Of a DNA stretch of 64,000 bases, positions 57,175 to 64,000 are shown in pieces. Both the position numbers and the translations under genes were made by a program. Source of the stretch: an uncultured Methanosarcinales archaeon (lineage in GTDB: Archaea > Nanobdellota > Nanobdellia > Woesearchaeales > GW2011-AR9); NCBI GenBank assembly GCA_964373955.1, contig CAYJXA010000006.1, positions 1,735-65,734 of the forward strand. The letters run 5' to 3'. The notes under the pieces are model-generated. The model had not been told where the DNA came from. It ran no database searches and worked only from the letters and a program-made list of their open reading frames with translations. Position 1 is the first letter of the stretch. Each line of letters opens with the position of its first letter.

Positions 57175-57437
57175 GATCGTTCACGCCGTCTTTCAGCTTT
57201 AATCTCCTGCCAGGCTTTATCAGCATCAAAGGAAGGAGCTTTCATGATCGCTTCTAACATAACATCCTCGGGTTGTTTCAGTTTTTGTTTTCGCAAGAGA
57301 ATATCTCCCCCCGGCAAATGGGTCATGATAAAGAAATCATCTTCACGTAAACCATCTTCATCTCGAATCGGTTTTGGGATAGTAATCTGGCCTCGCTTCG
57401 CCATCTGTACTCTCTCTACCATAAGGATATGTTTCAT
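57171..57437 (-). CDS. vapB: AbrB/SpoVT-type antitoxin VapB
   Basis: MAKRGQITIPKPIRDEDGLREDD swapped-hairpin motif; 88 aa. Confidence 0.6.
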   Translation of the reverse strand: MKHILMVERVQMAKRGQITIPKPIRDEDGLREDDFFIMTHLPGGDILLRKQKLKQPEDVMLEAIMKAPSFDADKAWQEIKAERRRERS

Positions 57438-57571
57438 AGGAGGCGCTAATAAAGCTGAATTTATAAACTTTTCTGAAAAAGGCTATATTTTTGATAAAAA
57501 TAATTTTTCTGATTTTTAAGACAATAGGTACTATCGCAATCCTTTTAAACCCTGCCATTCTCCTTCCCAGT

Positions 57572-57979
57572 ATGCCTAAAGCAAGTAAAAGAGCGGTGAA
57601 AAAGAAATCTAAGAATAACGATGATGAAAAGCTAGAAGTCTATCCTGATGAAGAACAAGGCATTCTCAAAGAAGAAACTGCTGATGAAAAGAAAGCAAAG
57701 ATGAAAGTAGGCGAAGAAGATGAAGATATTTATTCTGAGGAAGGCCGTGAGGAAGAAGTGGAAGAAGATGAAATCCAGCCCTGGGAAGAGGGTTTTATGA
57801 AAGGAGCTTCCGGGCCAGGTCAATTAGGAAAAGATGCTTTAACGGGCAAACCCTTAATGGATGTTGAAGAAGTTGTAGAAATGGAAATTGAAGGAAAATC
57901 TTACCGCTTCGCCAATGAAAAAAATGCTCTCAAATTTCGAGAAAAGGTAGCGAAAGAGAAGAAGAAAGGGAAGAAATAA
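57572..57979 (+). CDS. Acidic Lys/Glu-rich hypothetical protein
   Basis: ATG at 57572 preferred; the track's 57491 start is TTG and lies within a TATA-like box (ctatatttttgataaaaataat). Confidence 0.35.
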   Translation: MPKASKRAVKKKSKNNDDEKLEVYPDEEQGILKEETADEKKAKMKVGEEDEDIYSEEGREEEVEEDEIQPWEEGFMKGASGPGQLGKDALTGKPLMDVEEVVEMEIEGKSYRFANEKNALKFREKVAKEKKKGKK

Positions 57980-57994
57980 AAGTATAGCTCTAAA

Positions 57995-58453
57995 CTACTT
58001 CTGAACATTAAGGGTTAGCAGTTCTTTGCACTGATCTCTTAAACAATCAGGATATAATTCTAAAGTGGGAGTTCCATTTCTGAGAACCTCTGCACATCGT
58101 ATCTTAATTCTTTGCGGGCATTCTTTTGTTGCATCTTCCATGCTTGCTCCATAGATAATTCCTTTCATTCGAGCCCAAACCGCAGCGGAAGAACACATGG
58201 GACACGGTTCATAAGTGGTATACATGAAACAATTCTCTAAGAATCTTGTTCCTAATTTCTTAGCTGCAATTCTGATGGCATTAATCTCTGCATGGCAAGT
58301 AGGATCTTGGTCACGCTGAAGGGTTGTAAAAGCTTCCGCAATGATGCTATCCTCTTTGACAATAATCGCTGCAACCGCATGTCCTCCTTCTTTATACTTC
58401 TCTCGAGCTACATTGATCGCTCTCTCCATTATCTTGGTATTAGGATGGATCAT
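57995..58453 (-). CDS. Cytidine/deoxycytidylate deaminase-fold protein (TadA- or guanine-deaminase-like)
   Basis: HAEINAI...YTTYEPCPMCSSAAVWARMKGIIYG zinc-binding signature; 152 aa. Confidence 0.7.
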   Translation of the reverse strand: MIHPNTKIMERAINVAREKYKEGGHAVAAIIVKEDSIIAEAFTTLQRDQDPTCHAEINAIRIAAKKLGTRFLENCFMYTTYEPCPMCSSAAVWARMKGIIYGASMEDATKECPQRIKIRCAEVLRNGTPTLELYPDCLRDQCKELLTLNVQK

Positions 58454-58542
58454 ACAAATAGGAATTGCTCTAATAATGAATGATAGTTAATACTTACAGT
58501 TAAATCTCTCACTAAATCTTTTCAACGTTGAACGTATCCGAA

Positions 58543-59706
58543 CTAGCCATATCTCTGTGTAGCCACGTGAACTTTCTTCCGAAACAAGCCGCTTAATTCA
58601 TTCTTTGCATTTTCAAAGGCTTTGCGCAAGGCCGTTTCCACATCCCAATCATCTTCCGTGCTCGTAACTATCTTGCCGGGATATTCAATGCGGAGATTGA
58701 CAGAATATTTATGCTGCCGGCCATCTTTTTCGTATTCTTTAAAGTGCAAGATTAACTTAAAGTCGTTGTGAACCTGCCGCTGCAATTTGAATGCTTCATT
58801 GGACGAAATCTTCTGGATATTAAATTTCTCATGCGGTTCTAGGTCTATCTGATTCAATCCTATAAACTGGATATTGAAGTTCTTGGGTATTTTAAGACTG
58901 CCAATGAGCCGTAAAATATTTTTAATGGTGAGCAGTCCATCTAGCTTTTCTTTTTCCATCACCAGCAAATCCGAGACATTACTTCGAACCATTAATTCCA
59001 CGGCAGCTTTTAAGTCTGTTCCTTTCGTCGTAGTTAATACATTATCATTGGTGCTAAAAGAACTGACAGGAAGATCAGCCAGTTCAGGCATATTTGGTTC
59101 AGCGCCTTTCCCTGTTGCTTGTTTGTTGAATTTCATGGAATAATCCCTTCGGGGGGACCAGTTGAGATATTTTCGCCAGACGTCTTTATAGCTGATCACT
59201 CCATACACTTTTCCGCTCTCATAGACGGGGACATTATCTACTCTTTCATCGTGCATTACTTGCACTGCCGCTACTAACTGGTCATCTTTTTTAACTCCCC
59301 TTGGCTTTTGCATTTTTACATCAGAAACTTTCAACTTTTTTACTTCCGGCAAGCCCAAAGCTAATTTCACGAGATCAAGGGCCCGCACTACCCCCACAAT
59401 TTTCTTTTCTTTTTCGACGGGAAGAAAGTCAACATTGCTTTGAAACATGAGATAAGCGGTAGAGATAGCATCCTCATTCTCATTGAGCATGGCCGTTCCT
59501 TGGATATGGCCCTTTAACTTTGCTTCCGAAGCATCCATCCTGGATCGCAATAAATGCTTTTTTTCGATGAGGCCAAGGTACTTATTATTTCTGAACACTA
59601 ATGCCGTTCTCTTTTCAAACTGTTTTAATTGGGCAATAAGCTCTGAGAACGTCGAATCTTCTTTAAGAACAACAAAATCTTCCGTGATTATTGGCTTGAT
59701 TTCCAT
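58543..59706 (-). CDS. CBS-domain protein fused to a C-terminal HPF/RaiA-like (ribosome hibernation factor-like) domain
   Basis: N-terminal CBS pairs. C-terminal roughly 100 aa (NIQFIGLNQIDLEP...YSVNLRIEYPGKIVTSTEDDWDVETALRKAFENAKNELS) fits the beta-alpha-beta-beta-beta-alpha YfiA/HPF pattern. Confidence 0.45.
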   Translation of the reverse strand: MEIKPIITEDFVVLKEDSTFSELIAQLKQFEKRTALVFRNNKYLGLIEKKHLLRSRMDASEAKLKGHIQGTAMLNENEDAISTAYLMFQSNVDFLPVEKEKKIVGVVRALDLVKLALGLPEVKKLKVSDVKMQKPRGVKKDDQLVAAVQVMHDERVDNVPVYESGKVYGVISYKDVWRKYLNWSPRRDYSMKFNKQATGKGAEPNMPELADLPVSSFSTNDNVLTTTKGTDLKAAVELMVRSNVSDLLVMEKEKLDGLLTIKNILRLIGSLKIPKNFNIQFIGLNQIDLEPHEKFNIQKISSNEAFKLQRQVHNDFKLILHFKEYEKDGRQHKYSVNLRIEYPGKIVTSTEDDWDVETALRKAFENAKNELSGLFRKKVHVATQRYG

Positions 59707-59855
59707 ACCCTCTGAAACCTCCTTTTTTTGAATGAGATGGGCAAGTAGGGGAGATATTTAAACTCTTCTGTTTTGGAGAGGTTGTGCGAAACTCTACTTT
59801 GAAATGCTAATCCACCAAACAAATGTTTAAATATTAATCTGTTCTAGAATGCAGC

Positions 59856-60914
59856 ATGCCTAAAGAAAAAAAGCGAAGCACCAAGACGGGCCTTCCTCCC
59901 GGAACAATTGTGCATATCGGCGTGCGTAAGACTGCTAATCCTACCATTACTATTCTTGATTATAACAGTGAAGAGGTTGAAGAGAAACAAGCTCTCTATG
60001 TCGAAGAATGTTTCCCTTTTAAAGATAAAGATTCCATCACTTGGATTAATGTAGATGGGCTTCATCAGACGGAGATCATTAAGAAGATGGGGGACCATTT
60101 TGGGATGCATCCTTTGCTTCAGGAAGATATTGGCAATACTCATCAGCGGCCAAAAGTAGACTATTTTGATCAGTATATCGTTATTATTGTTAAAATGTTG
60201 CTGTTTGATGAAAAAACAAAGAGAGTTTCCAGTGAACAGGTGAGCATTGTTCTGGGAAAAAATTTTGTGATCTCGTTTCAGGAGGGAATCGGCGGAGATG
60301 TATTTGATCCCGTTCGGGAAAGAATTCGAAAGGGAAGGTTTGCCAAGAGGGGGGCAGATTATTTGATGTACTCCCTTCTTGACGCCATCGTTGATCATTA
60401 TTTTGTCATCCTTGAAAAACTGGGAGAGCAGATTGAATATTTGGAAGAAGAGGTGGTAAAGTCTCCCACTCTTAAAACTTTACAAGAGATGTACGATTTG
60501 AAGACGGAGATGATTTTTCTTCGTAAATCGGTCTGGCCCATGCGGGAAGTGCTAGCTAGTTTACAACGGGTAGAGTCGCATCTCGTTGATAAATCCATTC
60601 ATTTCTATTTACGGGACGTTCATGACCATAGCATTCAAGTAATTGATACGATGGAAACGTATAGAGATATGTTGTCGGGGATGTTGGAGATTTATTTATC
60701 AAGCATGAGCAATCGATTGAATGAAGTTATGAAAGTATTGACCATCATTGGTACAATCTTTATTCCCTTGACCTTCGTTACCAGCTTGTATGGGATGAAT
60801 TTTCGTTTTATGCCGGAATTGGAATGGAGATACGGGTATTTTGTAACTTTAGGAATAATGATAGTGGTGACGGGGTTCATGCTCTATTATTTCAAGAGGA
60901 AGAGATGGTTGTAG
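59856..60914 (+). CDS. corA: CorA family magnesium transporter
   Basis: GMN motif YGMNFRFMPEL followed by two C-terminal TM helices; 352 aa. Confidence 0.8.
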   Translation: MPKEKKRSTKTGLPPGTIVHIGVRKTANPTITILDYNSEEVEEKQALYVEECFPFKDKDSITWINVDGLHQTEIIKKMGDHFGMHPLLQEDIGNTHQRPKVDYFDQYIVIIVKMLLFDEKTKRVSSEQVSIVLGKNFVISFQEGIGGDVFDPVRERIRKGRFAKRGADYLMYSLLDAIVDHYFVILEKLGEQIEYLEEEVVKSPTLKTLQEMYDLKTEMIFLRKSVWPMREVLASLQRVESHLVDKSIHFYLRDVHDHSIQVIDTMETYRDMLSGMLEIYLSSMSNRLNEVMKVLTIIGTIFIPLTFVTSLYGMNFRFMPELEWRYGYFVTLGIMIVVTGFMLYYFKRKRWL

Positions 60915-60916
60915 AA

Positions 60917-63034
60917 TTATCTCTTTTTCCCATAAAACTGTTCATACATCAAGGTCATCGTAATTAAGTCCATTTGATTATGATGAATAACTTTGGGAAT
61001 TAACGTATCATCCCGTCCATATACGAAATCACGGTAAATCTGCGGGATTTTACTCCCGGGAACGTCATCGTGCCTTCTGAATCCCAACTGTGTTCCTTCA
61101 TACGTTTGCAGAGTTGCTCGAGGGAAATGGTGTCGACGAGCAAATTCACGAAACGCTGGATACAAATCAATTGATTCTAGTTGCAAGTCGTAAGGGATTA
61201 GGTTGGCAATAAAACGTTCTCGGAGAAATCCTTCATCAAAAGCTCCACCGTTAAAGGAAACTAACTTCCGATGTTTTTGTGCCCGCTCCTTAAATCGAAG
61301 CAAGGCTTCTTTTTCTTCCGTTGGATCACGAACGAGATACAAATCTGTAACCATATTCCGTCCTCGCTTGTAAGCCATGCCTAATACAAAAATAGGAAAT
61401 CCTTGGTTTCTAAATCCGGCTGTTTCTAAATCAAAAAAAAGGCAGTCTCGATGAGAAATATTTACGTTATCCCCATATACTTCTCTGTGCCTTGAGAAAG
61501 GTTCTACGTACACAGAATCATACTCTCTTCGGGGAGAAACCCGTGTGCCGGTAGCCAAAGCATTGGCGTTCTCTTTTAACAAATGTGCCAGCCATTCTCG
61601 AGCAAATCCCTGGCTTCTTCTCCCCAGCAGATGTGAACGTTTAGAAACGAGTTCATGCATGTGGAGAAGAACGTCTACGCTCGTCAGAGGGACCGCTGCT
61701 GTCCTCCAGAAATCAGGTTCTTTGTCCATCAACAAGCGTAAAGCCCGCTCATAGAAAGCAGTGAATTGTTCGCCATCCATCACCTTCCAATTATCTCCCT
61801 CCAAAATTTCCCGGCTTCGCGAAAGATCGCCATTCGAGCAGTTGAGAAGAGCAATTTTTCTTTTGATGGTGGTTCCGTCCTCCCATCGCTGCGCAGAAGC
61901 GTATTTCTCTCTCATGTCTCGGATTAATCTCTCGGAAGTATATCGAAATCCTTTGACTTCTACTAACGTCTCCAAACCTCCTGCAACCACCCTGCCATCA
62001 GCCTCTAGCTTGCTACTGCCATTTTCTATGCGGAGTTCTGGACGACTATCGGGAGCTACCACCCTGGTGAGGGGCGGGGTCAAATAATCCCTAAATTCAC
62101 GTCCCATTACTTTTAGTGTAGGATCATAGCGTTGGGCGATATGCAAGAGAAATAACAATTCCCTCTCGAAGATTAAAGAAATTGTTTTTTGAGCGCTAGT
62201 TGTAGAGATAATCTCGGTAGGGGTTAGATCAGGAATTTGAGCATACTCACATACTTTTTGAGGGAATTTTCCGGTTCCCCTCTTTCGGGGGTTTCCTCTT
62301 TTTCCTTTCCCTTTCCTCAGGTGGAGTTCTCCCGGAGAGGGCCGGTACTCGATAGCCGCTGCAACTCCTGGATCTAACTGGCGGAGTCCATCTTCCATCA
62401 AATCTTCTCCTGCAAAGAACCATTCTCTGCATTTTCTTCCTATCTCATCAGAGGATAATGGTGACTTCATACGTAAAGCATCGTATAAAGATGTTCCTTT
62501 GTATCGCGTAGCTAACCCCGGATACAAACGATCAATAATCTGTTTAAAAAAATCGCTGGAATATCCCGAACGTCGTACATCTGTTGCTACGCCATATGCC
62601 TGAATACCTCTACGACCAGATTCCCGTAATCGCTTGGCAACGTAAACCGGTTCTTGGAGTTCTCCCCTGTACGCTTTTTCTGCGAGAGTTTCGGGTATAA
62701 ATCCTCGTATACATTCTACTGCATCTTCTAACGACATCTTAACTTTCGTTTTAAAACCCATGGCTTCAAGTGCCACAGAAGGATTATTAGTTGGTTTGGG
62801 ATGATCCTGGTTTAGGAGGATTACATATCCATGAGTACTAAGCTGATGGAATAAGAGATGATCTTCCCTCTTAATGTCGGCTTTATTAACTGTATCCGTA
62901 TCTTTCAATCCTTTCTTTCGTAGGAAAGAGCTAACTGCTGCTTTAACAACATCGAAGGGTGGAGCACGGCACTTTTCTCCTCTAATTGTTACTTTTACAT
63001 CTTGTTCGCTGCGTTTAAATTTCTGATATGCCAT
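60917..63034 (-). CDS. Large (705 aa) Arg-rich protein with C-terminal RNase H-like 3'-5' exonuclease (DEDD/YprB-type) domain
   Basis: Exo motifs FFDLETAGF and VSFNGGAFDEGFL in the C-terminal third. No P-loop. Higher GC than the window average. Confidence 0.55.
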   Translation of the reverse strand: MAYQKFKRSEQDVKVTIRGEKCRAPPFDVVKAAVSSFLRKKGLKDTDTVNKADIKREDHLLFHQLSTHGYVILLNQDHPKPTNNPSVALEAMGFKTKVKMSLEDAVECIRGFIPETLAEKAYRGELQEPVYVAKRLRESGRRGIQAYGVATDVRRSGYSSDFFKQIIDRLYPGLATRYKGTSLYDALRMKSPLSSDEIGRKCREWFFAGEDLMEDGLRQLDPGVAAAIEYRPSPGELHLRKGKGKRGNPRKRGTGKFPQKVCEYAQIPDLTPTEIISTTSAQKTISLIFERELLFLLHIAQRYDPTLKVMGREFRDYLTPPLTRVVAPDSRPELRIENGSSKLEADGRVVAGGLETLVEVKGFRYTSERLIRDMREKYASAQRWEDGTTIKRKIALLNCSNGDLSRSREILEGDNWKVMDGEQFTAFYERALRLLMDKEPDFWRTAAVPLTSVDVLLHMHELVSKRSHLLGRRSQGFAREWLAHLLKENANALATGTRVSPRREYDSVYVEPFSRHREVYGDNVNISHRDCLFFDLETAGFRNQGFPIFVLGMAYKRGRNMVTDLYLVRDPTEEKEALLRFKERAQKHRKLVSFNGGAFDEGFLRERFIANLIPYDLQLESIDLYPAFREFARRHHFPRATLQTYEGTQLGFRRHDDVPGSKIPQIYRDFVYGRDDTLIPKVIHHNQMDLITMTLMYEQFYGKKR

Positions 63035-63037
63035 TGG

Positions 63038-64000
63038 TTACCCCAACATTTCCTCCAATTGTTGTGAAAGTGTTTCTTGCTGAGCAATCTCTCCCGAACG
63101 TATGGCATCCTCCAGCTGTGCCATCACTTGCCGTTGGGTAGCTTGCTTCATTTCCGCTCGTAGTGATTGGGCACATTGATCCAAGTCAAAATCAGGAAAA
63201 CGAAAAAAAACACGATAGAGCGCTGGCGGAAATTGTCTAATCTTTCCTGCTCTCACTTGATCCCTGAAATATCCAAAAGCATTTTCTACCGCTGCTTTGT
63301 CAAAGAAACCTTTCTGTCGTCTAGATAAAAATCTCAACGGCAATTGTAAAGGTCCCGGCTGTCCGTACTCTTTAGCGATCAAGGCATAAATATCCCGTAA
63401 TGAATCCGGAATCACAGGGTTTTCTGGGGGTATCATTGCAAAGTATTGTCGTGCATACTCTGGCGTAACTGTTAAAAGGTGGGCAATAAACAATGCCGGA
63501 ATATCTACTGCAGACCCATTCTGAACCGTTCCATTTCTTTCATGGCGAAGGTGGTCATACCGTTCCGAAAATCGTTCTTCCGCAACACGCGGATCTAGCT
63601 CGAGACGTTCTACCGCTCGTTGCATCCACGCTATTCGTCTCGCGAGGGAAGGTTCTAATTCGAAATGATCTACAATTTCATCTAATATTCGTACTCTCGC
63701 GTCCACTCCAGAGGGCATCTCCTGTTGAGCGAGATGAAAATCAACAATATCCATCTTCGACAAAGCACGAAAAGCTGCTGCAGGATCTGCTTCTGCTCGA
63801 ATGAAATCGTCAAGATCTTTATGCTTTGGAGGAATGGCAGCAATTCGGGGATCTAATCCCGCTCCATACGCTACCTTCACTGCTTTTTTTGCCCCTTCCC
63901 GTCCGGCAGTGTCATTATCCATCACAATAGTGATTCGATCTGTAAATCGCCGCAATAAACGCACTTGATCTGCAGTTAAGGCCGTTCCGGCGGCTGCTAC
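63038..64000 (-). CDS. DnaG-type TOPRIM domain protein (primase-like); 5' end lies beyond the window
   Basis: IVMDNDTAGREGAKKAV...IPPKHKDLDDFI TOPRIM signature. The reading frame is still open at nt 64000 (...VAAAGTALTADQVRLLRRF). Confidence 0.6.
   Translation of the reverse strand, partial: VAAAGTALTADQVRLLRRFTDRITIVMDNDTAGREGAKKAVKVAYGAGLDPRIAAIPPKHKDLDDFIRAEADPAAAFRALSKMDIVDFHLAQQEMPSGVDARVRILDEIVDHFELEPSLARRIAWMQRAVERLELDPRVAEERFSERYDHLRHERNGTVQNGSAVDIPALFIAHLLTVTPEYARQYFAMIPPENPVIPDSLRDIYALIAKEYGQPGPLQLPLRFLSRRQKGFFDKAAVENAFGYFRDQVRAGKIRQFPPALYRVFFRFPDFDLDQCAQSLRAEMKQATQRQVMAQLEDAIRSGEIAQQETLSQQLEEMLG

Noticed and set aside
57491-57571. ORF-track start at 57491 for the acidic protein
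   Set aside because: The codon is TTG and lies inside a TATA-like box. The ATG at 57572 (MPKASK...) is more plausible.
1-64000. tRNA, rRNA or CRISPR arrays
   Set aside because: I inspected the intergenic gaps listed in the features (the largest being 15039-15358 and 27412-27804, plus 46274-46400 and 58454-58542). None contains GC-rich cloverleaf-like sequence or regularly spaced direct repeats. The only notable direct repeat is the 47-bp pair at 35173 and 35911.
1-64000. Transposases, integrases and IS elements
   Set aside because: No DDE, serine or tyrosine recombinase motifs were seen in any ORF. The candidate foreign blocks (19.7-23.2 kb, 60.9-64 kb) lack visible recombinase genes within the window.

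Overview
Annotation below is by eye from the six-frame ORF track and the raw sequence. The 64-kb window is low-GC (roughly 40-45%) and looks archaeal. Markers are diphthine synthase, ELP3, ribosomal protein L21e followed by RpoF and a DUF655 gene, two TFIIS-type zinc-ribbon proteins, RtcB, an archaeal-type signal peptidase, and TATA-like boxes about 25 nt upstream of several start codons. The gene content (very few metabolic genes, many giant secreted or membrane-anchored proteins, Cys-rich surface proteins) resembles a small-genome, possibly DPANN-like, archaeon; that lineage call is inference. I found no rRNA, tRNA, CRISPR array, transposase or integrase. About two thirds of the window is housekeeping or miscellaneous genes interleaved with accessory blocks, described in the five findings below.
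(1) At 19.7-26.5 kb a compositionally foreign 925-aa Ala/Arg/Pro-rich ORF sits next to an HD hydrolase, a clear ArmA/Rmt (FmrO) family 16S rRNA m7G1405 methyltransferase homolog, and an AAA+ ATPase.
(2) At 27.8-29.5 kb a P-loop kinase is followed by a degenerate kinase domain fused to a dCMP deaminase.
(3) At 31.2-42.2 kb there is a surface-protein island. Two giant genes (1021 and 1097 aa) are each abutted tail-to-tail by a paralogous small Cys-containing lipoprotein-like gene, and a third giant gene overlaps the second. An MNT/HepT toxin-antitoxin cassette lies precisely between 47-bp direct repeats of the first giant gene's signal-peptide coding segment and is translationally coupled to that gene. 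This repeat junction is the most interesting locus in the window.
(4) At 50.4-53.0 kb are two Cys-rich tandem-repeat secreted proteins.
(5) From 60.9 kb to the window end is a higher-GC block encoding a large RNase H-like exonuclease-domain protein and a DnaG-type TOPRIM primase, possibly the edge of an integrated replicon.
The ORF track reports GTG and TTG starts as M; I checked this at three sites, so several N-termini in the track are overextended.
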